IMG/VR virus record: IMGVR_UViG_3300024581_002882
From: a virus
Length of the DNA stretch: 64,000 bases
Reading direction: 5' to 3' (one strand)
Below are positions 18,886 through 27,501 of this stretch, in pieces. Each line of letters opens with the position of its first letter. Position 1 is the first letter of the stretch. Under the pieces are notes generated by a model that saw nothing but the letters and a program-made list of their open reading frames with translations, made no database searches and was not told the DNA's origin. The translations under genes and the position numbers were made by a program.

Positions 18886-20817
18886 ATGGCACTTAAAAGT
18901 AAATTTGAGAGAATCGACCAATCCAAACTCAAGCAAGGTGCAAGAGATGTGTTGGCAAAAATGAAAGAGAAATCTGAAAACTTTACCAATGCAGAGGTAA
19001 ACAAAAAAATTGAACCTGCGATTGACAAACTAATCGAAAGGCTTAAAAAGGAAAACCCTGATGCACTAAAAAAGGCTTCGGCAACTCGAACCCGTAAACC
19101 AAAAGCAACAGCTAAAAAGAAAGCTACTAAAAAAGCACCTGCAAAAACAAGCGGTGCAAAGCGTGAAACTGTTATGACTGTTGCCAAGCGTATTCGTAAA
19201 GATGGCGAGAAGTGGCAAGATGCACTCAAAAGAGCAAAGTCTGAAATGGGTAAGGACACCAAAAAGAAAGTTAGTGCTGTTAAAACAGAGGTTGACAAGC
19301 TAAAAAAACTTATTGAAAAAGATGCTGTTTTAAAAGGGTTTGCTAACTCTGAACTACAAAGAGATGCTGTTCGCAAGGCAAAGCCAAGAGGGAAGCGTAA
19401 AACCACAACTAAAGGCGAAACTACTAACCAATATGGTACTTTTAAGAATAAAGTTGGTCGAACTTATTGGGAAAGTAGAGAGAATCGTTCTGATAGATAT
19501 GCACCTAAATATCCTAAGAATAAGCCATTTTTAGAAATGGGTGGAGATGTTACTGATGCTCAAGACTTGTCTATAGCAAATGCCGATTTTCTTGTAATGG
19601 CTAAAGGTGGTATGATAACATCTGCACCCGAATATCATAAGGTTAGAAATGCAGAGTATGACAGACGAGTTAAAAGTGGTAAAATAAAAGATACTGATGA
19701 AAACTTTGAAAAGTTTGATGAAATGTATTTTGATGAATTAGTCAAAAAGGGTAAGATAGATATTGATAATTATTTCGCTAAAGGTGGGGAGATTGATGCT
19801 TTCACAATGAGCATGGTAAAAGGTGTTGACGATGGTATTTCAGAAGTCGAAACCAAAGACCTAAAAGCCCGTATGGAAAAAGGTGGGAAACTTTATTATC
19901 AACAAGATGGGGTCGGAAAAGCAAAATACACTATTTCATATTATGATGGTAAAAAAACACATAAAGACGGAAGCCCTTTTTACGATATAGCAACTTTTAA
20001 AAACAAAAAAGACCTTAAATCATATATAGAAAAATTAGAATCAGAAGGTTATAAAAAAAGATTTGCTAAAGGTGGGGAGATTACCAAAACGGGCAATAAA
20101 GGTTCGGCTCGTTGGGAAATGAAAATTACTGATGAAGAAGGGAATACATCAAGTATCTATGCCGAAAAAAAATCTGATTTGCTACAATATAAAAAAATGT
20201 ACTTGGCTAAAGGTGGTACTTTAGAAAGTAAATTTGATGGCTATGAAACTATGTATAAATATGCTCTTGCAAACAATTTTACACCAAGACAATTAGCAGA
20301 AGAATTAAGATTTATGACTAATTTACAAAATAAAGGTGATAAAGAATTATATGATTTCCTAAATAATCTTTCTAATATGTTTCCTGACACTCCTATTTCT
20401 GAATTTAAAAAAGGTGGTTCAATCCCACAATCTGCAAAAGATGAATTTTATCAATTAAGATATGATGATGAAGATTTTGCAGACCAATATGGCGAAGATG
20501 ATTTGCAAGAATGGTATGAAGAACAAGGAAGATTTGCTAAAGGTGGTCGTTTAAAATCTGCTTTAATGCGTGATAGAAAATACTACAATAAAAATGAAGC
20601 TTGGGAACGTGCTTATAGCAAAGGTAAAAACCGTAGGGGCTACAAAGAAAATGGCGGTGTTATAGAAAACTCTATTCAAAGCTATCAAAACCACTACAAA
20701 GGTTTTCCAAGCTATGAAGATGGCGGTACAATAGCTGATTCAACGCAACACTTTAGAATTATGGAAACCGATACTCCTATTTACAAAGAGGGCGGTCAAA
20801 TAGATATGGATTTATAA
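18886..20817 (+). CDS. basic N-terminus plus a string of small modules separated by 11 xxGG motifs
   Basis: K/A/T-rich H1-like tract; LEMGG, MAKGG, FAKGG x3, MEKGG, LAKGG, FKKGG, KENGG, YEDGG, YKEGG. Confidence 0.8.
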   Translation: MALKSKFERIDQSKLKQGARDVLAKMKEKSENFTNAEVNKKIEPAIDKLIERLKKENPDALKKASATRTRKPKATAKKKATKKAPAKTSGAKRETVMTVAKRIRKDGEKWQDALKRAKSEMGKDTKKKVSAVKTEVDKLKKLIEKDAVLKGFANSELQRDAVRKAKPRGKRKTTTKGETTNQYGTFKNKVGRTYWESRENRSDRYAPKYPKNKPFLEMGGDVTDAQDLSIANADFLVMAKGGMITSAPEYHKVRNAEYDRRVKSGKIKDTDENFEKFDEMYFDELVKKGKIDIDNYFAKGGEIDAFTMSMVKGVDDGISEVETKDLKARMEKGGKLYYQQDGVGKAKYTISYYDGKKTHKDGSPFYDIATFKNKKDLKSYIEKLESEGYKKRFAKGGEITKTGNKGSARWEMKITDEEGNTSSIYAEKKSDLLQYKKMYLAKGGTLESKFDGYETMYKYALANNFTPRQLAEELRFMTNLQNKGDKELYDFLNNLSNMFPDTPISEFKKGGSIPQSAKDEFYQLRYDDEDFADQYGEDDLQEWYEEQGRFAKGGRLKSALMRDRKYYNKNEAWERAYSKGKNRRGYKENGGVIENSIQSYQNHYKGFPSYEDGGTIADSTQHFRIMETDTPIYKEGGQIDMDL

Positions 20818-20828
20818 AAAAAAGAAAC

Positions 20829-23531
20829 ATGAAGTACACACCTAAATACAAAATTAAAAGTGTAAAGTTTACACATAATGGAAAAGATTATGATGTAGAA
20901 GGCTCAAAAGTTCTTTCGGGGATTTATCAATATGCCAAAGGGGGAAAATTAGCCGATTACACTTATATACCAAAAAATAGAGTAAAAGAGTTTATAACAG
21001 ACGATGGTTCTGTTAAAAAACATTCAAATGGTGTTTGGGTGTTGTCAAGTGTTTTAAAATCCGCACCTACCAAAACAGCTAAAAAACCTGCCAAAGTCGG
21101 AAGTAAAACATCGCCAAAGTCGGAAGTTAAGAAAGGGGCTTTAGTACCACCATCTGTAAAGTATAAGGGTAAAAAGAATATGCCTGTTGATGCTTTTGAG
21201 GTTGCTGAAGAAATGGTGGCTATGAAAAAAGCTAAGGCAAAAATCAGTTCCATACGAAGTAAAACAATGCTTTTAGATATAGAACTACGAGACAATAAAG
21301 ATATGAAAGAGTGGCATGAACCATTGGCTTATACTGTTCTTTGGTATAACGCAAATATGCCCCTTAATTTAGCTTTTGAAATCTTAGGTAGGCAAGAATA
21401 CTATGGGGATGGTGTTATAAAAGCTTATAAAGAAGAATTTAAAAAAGCACCCGATGTAACAGGTAAAGTTTCTAAAATTAAAAGAGGAAGCTTTATGTCC
21501 AATAGTGCTGAACAAAAACTATCCAAAAGTTTTGTTTCAAAAGACACTTTAAGACCACAAATGATGCACACATACATAGACAATGGGTATGCTGTTTCTA
21601 CAAATGCACATATTTTATTGGCTATATATGATAAAACGTTGAAGGGAAAAGAAGAATTTTTAACAGACCCTAAAACAACAAGTAGCTATCCAAATTGGAG
21701 AGGGGTTGTTCCAAACACTTACTCCACTACAACTAAAAAAATAAATGCTCAAAGGCTTTATGACTTTTTGTTAAAGGCAAAAAAATACAACGCTTATGAC
21801 CCAACCGTAAAAGGAATTGTTATAAAAATAAATGATGACAATAATTTTGGATTTAACATAGATTACATAACACAATCTTTAAAAGCGATTATGTCTCTTG
21901 GCGATGATGTGTATATTCACTATCAAGACATGGTAACAAATCGTGCTGTAATTTTTACAAATATTGAAAATTGGGATTTAGACAAAGAAAATTCATCTTT
22001 TGCTCTAACCATGCCAATAATGGTTGACAGAACATACAGCGACTATATTTCCTATGACCTTGATGGAGATACAACTTTTGCTAAAGGTGGGAAAGTTTCT
22101 GATTTTGACAAACTTGCAAATAAAGTAGCAAAGCAATATAGTGGCAAAAAAGTTCCATCAAAGTACCGAAGCGAGTACGGAAAAATGTACAGCCCTGAAG
22201 AAGCACAAGAGGTAGGCAGAAAGGTTGCTTATAAAGTGATGATGATGCAAGAGGGAAAAAAGATGGCTAAAGGTGGAGATGTAGATTACAGATACTCATT
22301 AACAAATGATGTCCTTGAGGATATAATAGAAGAATTTGGCTCAAATGTTCAATATAGTAAATTAGACAGTTATACTGATGTTCATGGACAAAAGAGGGTT
22401 TTAGAAATTGTAAAAAATCGTTTAAAAGATGTTTACAATATAGATTCACAATTTCAGCCAAAGGGCAAAAGAATTGGTTTGAATGTATTAAGAGTTCCAA
22501 GCCAAGTTATTGAATACGCTAAAGGTGGTCGTACAATAAGCATAGTAAACGATGGTGTAAAATTTGACAAATCTAAATACAAAGCTGTATATGGAGATTT
22601 TGACAAAGATGGTACAGTAAATATTGACGATGCTAACCCACTTGATGCTACTAAAAATTCTAAGGTCGAGCAAGTCGAACTGAAAGACACTTTTGATAAG
22701 CTGTTAAGCGTAAAAGCTGAACTTGATGACATCATGTACGATGCTGTTGATACGCTTGACAAGAAAGCACCAAAAGATGCCGACATATATGCTCGTACAA
22801 AAACTCCATACTCTATTCTTAAAAAACTTGTAGAAAAAAGAATGTTAGACCCCAATAAAGGGCTTACAGATATGATTGGCACAACAATAGCTGTTGGAAA
22901 TCAAAAAGAACTTGAACAAGTTAGAGATGATATAGATGGTGGCTTGTTAGGTAAAGTCCTTGATAAAGACGATTACTATAAAAATCCAAAAGCAGGTTAT
23001 AGAGCATATCACTATATAGTAGAATATGATGGTGTACCTGTAGAAGTACAGCTTAAAACTAAGCGTATGAAAAAACTAAATGAGGTTTCTCATGATTTCT
23101 ATAAAAAGGGTACGTTAGATGCTAAAGGGCTTGATGCTGTTTCTAAAACATTTGAAAAAGCTGATAGAGGGGATAAAAAAGCACTTGCGGAAGTGAAAAA
23201 ACTTCTTTCCGACAAAAAAGCACTTGCATCTAAAATATCTACTTCTAAAATGGCTAAAGGCGGTGCAATAAAAGAACTTCGTAAAGAAAAGGATATTGAT
23301 ATTTATGAAAATGTTATGGAAATGGGTGGCGATGTAACAGATAGTCAAGACCTTACCATTGCAAACTCTGATAACCTTGTTATGAAAAAAGGTGGTAAAA
23401 CAAAGAAAAGAAAAACGGGAACTAAAAAGCCCAATAGCTTCTTTGCTGTTGTTAAGAGAAACCAAAGAAAAGGTGAAGCGTGGAAAGATGCAATCCAAAG
23501 AGTAAAAAAAGAAATGTCTAAAAACAAATAA
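20829..23531 (+). CDS. polyvalent protein: beta-clamp-like domain plus RelA/SpoT-like nucleotidyltransferase, delimited by 7 xxGG motifs
   Basis: clamp-like FVSKDTLRP...VSTNAHIL..YPNWRGVVP..GFNIDYI..LTMPI; RelA-like ARTKTPYSILKK..LTDMIG..DDYYKNPKAGYRAYH..VEVQLKT..HDFYK. Confidence 0.8.
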   Translation: MKYTPKYKIKSVKFTHNGKDYDVEGSKVLSGIYQYAKGGKLADYTYIPKNRVKEFITDDGSVKKHSNGVWVLSSVLKSAPTKTAKKPAKVGSKTSPKSEVKKGALVPPSVKYKGKKNMPVDAFEVAEEMVAMKKAKAKISSIRSKTMLLDIELRDNKDMKEWHEPLAYTVLWYNANMPLNLAFEILGRQEYYGDGVIKAYKEEFKKAPDVTGKVSKIKRGSFMSNSAEQKLSKSFVSKDTLRPQMMHTYIDNGYAVSTNAHILLAIYDKTLKGKEEFLTDPKTTSSYPNWRGVVPNTYSTTTKKINAQRLYDFLLKAKKYNAYDPTVKGIVIKINDDNNFGFNIDYITQSLKAIMSLGDDVYIHYQDMVTNRAVIFTNIENWDLDKENSSFALTMPIMVDRTYSDYISYDLDGDTTFAKGGKVSDFDKLANKVAKQYSGKKVPSKYRSEYGKMYSPEEAQEVGRKVAYKVMMMQEGKKMAKGGDVDYRYSLTNDVLEDIIEEFGSNVQYSKLDSYTDVHGQKRVLEIVKNRLKDVYNIDSQFQPKGKRIGLNVLRVPSQVIEYAKGGRTISIVNDGVKFDKSKYKAVYGDFDKDGTVNIDDANPLDATKNSKVEQVELKDTFDKLLSVKAELDDIMYDAVDTLDKKAPKDADIYARTKTPYSILKKLVEKRMLDPNKGLTDMIGTTIAVGNQKELEQVRDDIDGGLLGKVLDKDDYYKNPKAGYRAYHYIVEYDGVPVEVQLKTKRMKKLNEVSHDFYKKGTLDAKGLDAVSKTFEKADRGDKKALAEVKKLLSDKKALASKISTSKMAKGGAIKELRKEKDIDIYENVMEMGGDVTDSQDLTIANSDNLVMKKGGKTKKRKTGTKKPNSFFAVVKRNQRKGEAWKDAIQRVKKEMSKNK

Positions 23532-23533
23532 TT

Positions 23534-23728
23534 ATGAATACAGAAAATATTTCATCAGTTAGAGTAGTTTACCTATTCCTTGCTTTTATACTAACTTTTA
23601 GTTGGCTTGTACAGTCGTGGGGATTAGTCTTATTTGTATGTGCAATGTTATGCTTTGCGGTGCTTACAAAATTTTGCCCTTCAAAGTGGTTTTTTGAAAA
23701 AATAGGATTTAAGAAAACAGATATATGA
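23534..23728 (+). CDS. small 2-TM membrane protein (DUF2892/YgaP-like)
   Basis: two hydrophobic helices then TKFCPSKWFFEKIG. Confidence 0.6.
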   Translation: MNTENISSVRVVYLFLAFILTFSWLVQSWGLVLFVCAMLCFAVLTKFCPSKWFFEKIGFKKTDI

Positions 23729-24186
23729 AAAAAATAATAATTGGCGGTGCTTTCTTATTTGGTGGCTATTGGCTTATAAAAAACTTTCTAAATAAAGGTT
23801 TTGGCGATATTCAAAAGCCTGAATTGGTTTTTAAGCCTAAAGATACTGAACTTATTGGTACTTTAGAAGATGGTACTGAACTCCGAGCTACGTTAGAAGA
23901 TAGACAGCTTTCATACGATAAAATTAGGGATTTACAAGATAATGGTGTTTTTAGCCAAAGATTATTTAAAGATGATTTTACAGCAGAAAATACAAAAGGT
24001 CTTGTAAATAGCCCAATATTTAAACAGCTACAAGGTATAAAGCCATATAGCATTGATTATACAGCTTTAAATAATTTAGGCAAAGTAGGTACTTTGGATT
24101 TAGGTTTTCCAAGCCCTGAAGAAATGGCTTTAGCAATAGAAAAATATAAAACGGGAACACCAACACAACCAACATGGAGTAGGTAA
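23725..24186 (+). CDS. N-terminally anchored membrane protein (paralogue 1)
   Basis: MKKIIIGGAFLFGGYWLIKNFLNK. Confidence 0.75.
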   Translation: MKKIIIGGAFLFGGYWLIKNFLNKGFGDIQKPELVFKPKDTELIGTLEDGTELRATLEDRQLSYDKIRDLQDNGVFSQRLFKDDFTAENTKGLVNSPIFKQLQGIKPYSIDYTALNNLGKVGTLDLGFPSPEEMALAIEKYKTGTPTQPTWSR

Positions 24187-24521
24187 TGAAAACAAAAAAC
24201 TTAATATTAGGCGTTGCTTTCTTATTTGGTGGCTATTGGCTTATCAAAAACTTTTTGAATAAAAGGGTGGAAGCTGAAAAACCCGAAATTCAACTTCCTG
24301 AAACACCTGAAGAAGAAAAGAAAATGTTAAAGGTTAGAGAGTCTATTTATAAGTGGGATATGGATTATGGTGCTTGTTATGGGCAAATAAAGGGTTTGGG
24401 TGGTTGCGGAAACCCACTTGGCAATAACATAAAAATTGATTGGACTCAAAGTGATTTTAAGATTACACCTGAACAGCAAAAATTAATAAAAGAAGCTATT
24501 GAAAAAGCTAAGTTGAAGTAG
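24186..24521 (+). CDS. N-terminally anchored membrane protein (paralogue 2)
   Basis: MKTKNLILGVAFLFGGYWLIKNFLNKRVEAEKPEI. Confidence 0.75.
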   Translation: MKTKNLILGVAFLFGGYWLIKNFLNKRVEAEKPEIQLPETPEEEKKMLKVRESIYKWDMDYGACYGQIKGLGGCGNPLGNNIKIDWTQSDFKITPEQQKLIKEAIEKAKLK

Positions 24522-24524
24522 ATT

Positions 24525-24827
24525 ATGAAAAAAAAGAATTTAATTTTTGGCAGTTTATTTCTTATTGGCGGATTTTGGCTTGTCAGAAACTTTTTAAATA
24601 AAAAAGTGGAAGCTGAAAAACCCGAAATAGAATTACCCGAAACATCCGAAGAAGAATTAAAATCTAAAAAATCAAGAGAAAACCTGTATAGAATGTACCT
24701 TGTAGATGCAACACCAACGCATAGCGGTGGCACATTAAACCCATATCAAGGTGAGGTAACAAACCAAATGGTAAATAATTGGCTCATGCACCTAAGTCAG
24801 GGTGGCGGTACAGGATTTGTCGGATAA
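24525..24827 (+). CDS. N-terminally anchored membrane protein (paralogue 3)
   Basis: MKKKNLIFGSLFLIGGFWLVRNFLNKKVEAEKPEI. Confidence 0.75.
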   Translation: MKKKNLIFGSLFLIGGFWLVRNFLNKKVEAEKPEIELPETSEEELKSKKSRENLYRMYLVDATPTHSGGTLNPYQGEVTNQMVNNWLMHLSQGGGTGFVG

Positions 24828-24841
24828 CTAAAACATATATT

Positions 24842-25102
24842 ATGAAAAAAATAATTTTAATACTTTCACTTTTCGCAATTACAAGTTGTGGCAGTTCAAA
24901 AGTCATACACGAAAAAGACATAACCAAACAAGCCCAATGGTTAGAATCTACAGAGGACAACCCAATAATTAATGTAATTCAGAAAGCTTATAAAAATCAC
25001 GATGTAGAAATTGTGATTAAAAAAAAACTAACAACCGATTACGTTAAATTAAGGTTAAGAAATGGTAAACGTATCATAAAGAAAACTACAGAAAAGAATT
25101 AA
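24842..25102 (+). CDS. lipoprotein
   Basis: MKKIILILSLFAITSC lipobox; start reassigned to ATG 24842. Confidence 0.7.
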   Translation: MKKIILILSLFAITSCGSSKVIHEKDITKQAQWLESTEDNPIINVIQKAYKNHDVEIVIKKKLTTDYVKLRLRNGKRIIKKTTEKN

Positions 25103-25116
25103 TTCGATTAAAATTA

Positions 25117-25144
25117 TTATTTATTAAAATAATAATTATATTTG
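25117..25144 (+). promoter_or_regulatory. near-palindromic site (25117-25132) and -7 box TATATTTG (25137-25144)
   Basis: intergenic, 33 bp upstream of ORF 25178. Confidence 0.55.
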
Positions 25145-25177
25145 TATCATACATAAATTTTATAACTTTTAAACTAA

Positions 25178-25687
25178 ATGGACACAATTTTAACATTAGA
25201 GGGCGAGATTGGTAGAGAAAATTTATCAACTCAAGGAAAAAAACGTATTTCAACTTATCATGGCTTAAAAAAGCAAGTGGCAAGTTTAGAACGTGCTTAT
25301 CAGGGTGCTGAAGATGACGAAAAGGATAATTATGCCAATGAGTTAGACGAAGCAACTGAATATCTAAATAACTTTAGAAAAGCTACTATTGATTTTCTGC
25401 AAGACGAGTTGGATGACCTGAAAGCCAAACAAAAAGCCAAAGAAGAAAAACTAAGGCTAAAAAAAGAAAGAGAAGAAAAGGCAGAAGCAGAAGCAAAAGC
25501 AAAAGCAAAAGCTGAAGCTGAAGCAAAGAAAAAAGAGGAATCAAATGATAACCCTACTGATATTAATAACCTTGCAAAACCATCTAAAGAAGATGACAAA
25601 AAAAGTGGTGGAATAACAGGTATTTTATTTGGTGGGTTAGTTTTGGTTGCAACACTTGGTGCTGTAAATTATTTTAGAAATAAATAA
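25178..25687 (+). CDS. coiled-coil protein with C-terminal TM anchor
   Basis: AEAEAKAKAK tract; GGITGILFGGLVLVATLGAVNYFRNK. Confidence 0.75.
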   Translation: MDTILTLEGEIGRENLSTQGKKRISTYHGLKKQVASLERAYQGAEDDEKDNYANELDEATEYLNNFRKATIDFLQDELDDLKAKQKAKEEKLRLKKEREEKAEAEAKAKAKAEAEAKKKEESNDNPTDINNLAKPSKEDDKKSGGITGILFGGLVLVATLGAVNYFRNK

Positions 25688-25695
25688 ATGAATGA

Positions 25696-26112
25696 ATGAA
25701 GCGTAGCGGAAGGAAAAGTAAAGCACAAACACCTGCCCCTAAAAAGGACAGGATAAAGGGTTCAAAAATAAACCCAAAGGGTAGTGCTAAAAGTCGAACC
25801 TCTGCTCGTTCAATTTCATTTTCAGCAACAACTTTAGATAAAATTAAATCTAAGGTAAAAGAATATAACTCCAAGAACTCTAAAAAGATAACAGTACCAA
25901 CTGCAAAAGCGGTTGTTCGTAGGGGTATGGGTGCTTATTCAACATCTTATAGACCTACAATTAAGGGTGGCAAACCAAATAGCAGAACAGCGTGGGGCTT
26001 GGCAAGGCTTAACGCTTTTATGCGTAAAAAAAGTGGTTCTGAAACAGCAAATGGTGTTGTTTCTAAAAGTAGAATAAAAAAAGCATATACACAGGATAAC
26101 GACCTTTTATAA
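25696..26112 (+). CDS. highly basic putative DNA-binding/core protein
   Basis: K/R/S-rich; KAVVRRGMGAY...AWGLARLNAF resembles a small family I recall from giant viruses (DUF5824-like, unverified). Confidence 0.5.
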   Translation: MKRSGRKSKAQTPAPKKDRIKGSKINPKGSAKSRTSARSISFSATTLDKIKSKVKEYNSKNSKKITVPTAKAVVRRGMGAYSTSYRPTIKGGKPNSRTAWGLARLNAFMRKKSGSETANGVVSKSRIKKAYTQDNDLL

Positions 26113-26405
26113 TGGCTTATAGAATAACAGATTATACCAAAGCACAAGCAAAAAAACTTGGTGTTGAAGTAAAGCCCTCAAAAACAAAGGGTAAAAAAAT
26201 TGATGTATTCAAAAAAGGTAAAAAAGTTGCTTCTGTTGGTGCTATTGGATATAAAGACTACCCAACTTATATGAACCTTGAAAAAAGGGGATATTATGAT
26301 AAGGGTTATGCAAGTAAAAGGAGAAGGCTTTACAAAATTAGACATAAAAAAGACAGGAATGTAAAAGGTAGTGCAGGTTATTACGCAGATAGATTATTAT
26401 GGTAG
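26112..26405 (+). CDS. highly basic putative DNA-binding/core protein
   Basis: SVGAIGYKDYPTY...RRRLYKIRH...SAGYYADRLLW resembles a family I recall from giant viruses (DUF5754-like, unverified). Confidence 0.55.
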   Translation: MAYRITDYTKAQAKKLGVEVKPSKTKGKKIDVFKKGKKVASVGAIGYKDYPTYMNLEKRGYYDKGYASKRRRLYKIRHKKDRNVKGSAGYYADRLLW

Positions 26406-26770
26406 AAGTTACAAATGAAATTCCAAGTATAATTAAAAGGTGGGCGAAAGCAATTTCGTTACAGAAACCAAGACTTATGTCTAATTTTTATTGCAGAAAT
26501 GCAGTTTTAGTTGGAACTTATAGTGAGCCATACGAAGTGGGGATAAATCAAATTTATAAATATTTCACAGATTTTTTATCAGCAAAAAATATGTCTTGTA
26601 GGATTGTTGAGCAAACCTGCCAACATATTGGTGAATTAAAAGTCTCAAGTGGAGTTTATGAATTTACTGCAAATGGAGAAATAATTAAGGCAAGATTTAC
26701 CTATACCATAATACCAAGAAACGGAGAAGATAAAATTTTAAATCATCACTCGTCAGTTTATGAAGGATAG
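26399..26770 (+). CDS. NTF2/SnoaL-like protein
   Basis: W..AI.....MSNFY..NAVLVGT...IYKYFTDF...SGVYEF...ARFTY...ILNHHSS. Confidence 0.75.
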   Translation: MVEVTNEIPSIIKRWAKAISLQKPRLMSNFYCRNAVLVGTYSEPYEVGINQIYKYFTDFLSAKNMSCRIVEQTCQHIGELKVSSGVYEFTANGEIIKARFTYTIIPRNGEDKILNHHSSVYEG

Positions 26771-26969
26771 TCAAATAGTAGCATTAACAACGTTTTTGTT
26801 TTTTACAGCAGAAGCATACGGTCATTACCTTATTGCAAAAAATGAAGGTAGTGAAAAGTTTAAGTTTTATGTACCTGATACAGAAACGACAGTTAAAAAT
26901 TTAATGCTTGTTGGAACTTTTTCATTACTAAATGGGTTTGCTGTTTCATACTTAAAAAAGGTCTTATAA
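26760..26969 (+). CDS. small membrane protein
   Basis: two hydrophobic segments. Confidence 0.6.
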   Translation: MKDSQIVALTTFLFFTAEAYGHYLIAKNEGSEKFKFYVPDTETTVKNLMLVGTFSLLNGFAVSYLKKVL

Positions 26970-27115
26970 TGGTTTTAAGAGAAAAAAACGGAGAAGAAAC
27001 TAAAAAAGAAAAGATACATAAGAACCTATTGCTTGTATTTACAGCAGTAGGTATAATAAGTTTTAGTTTAGGTGCATTGGTTAATTACCATACACTAAAA
27101 AAAATTGCTAAATAA
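26969..27115 (+). CDS. 48-aa membrane protein MVLREKNGEETKKEKIHKNLLLVFTAVGIISFSLGALV...
   Basis: read by eye; TAATG-coupled at both ends. Confidence 0.6.
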   Translation: MVLREKNGEETKKEKIHKNLLLVFTAVGIISFSLGALVNYHTLKKIAK

Positions 27116-27501
27116 TGATTATTTCGGGTAACATAAAAGATAACACAGGTGAGCCTTTAATGGGTGCAAACATCTATGCAACGCTTTCTTCGGGGGGCAA
27201 GATTGGTGGAATATCTGATTTTGATGGAAATTTTAATATAGATTTAGGAGACAAAGAACTTTCAAGCCCTGTAACTATATCTTATTTAGGTTTTAAAAGC
27301 AAAACATTTGAACCCTCACAGCTAAATAACGCAAATGTAGTTCTTAGTGAAGGGGAAGAAATGTTAGACGAAGTTGTTGTAATAGCAAAAAAAAAACCAA
27401 AAAGTAAAAAGGGAATAGAAAAAAATAACCTAATAGGCATTGCGAGTTTAGGTGTAGGTGTCTTAGCTTTAGGGATAATTTTAGTAAATATTAAAAAATA
27501 A
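27115..27501 (+). CDS. carboxypeptidase-regulatory-like (SusC N-terminal type) domain with C-terminal TM
   Basis: ISGNIKDNTGEPLMGANI...SDFDGNF...ISYLGF...L.E..EMLDEVVV. Confidence 0.85.
   Translation: MIISGNIKDNTGEPLMGANIYATLSSGGKIGGISDFDGNFNIDLGDKELSSPVTISYLGFKSKTFEPSQLNNANVVLSEGEEMLDEVVVIAKKKPKSKKGIEKNNLIGIASLGVGVLALGIILVNIKK

Noticed and set aside
18762-19406. 214-aa minus-strand hydrophobic ORF
   Set aside because: Antisense shadow of the Lys/Ala-rich N-terminus of 18886-20817.
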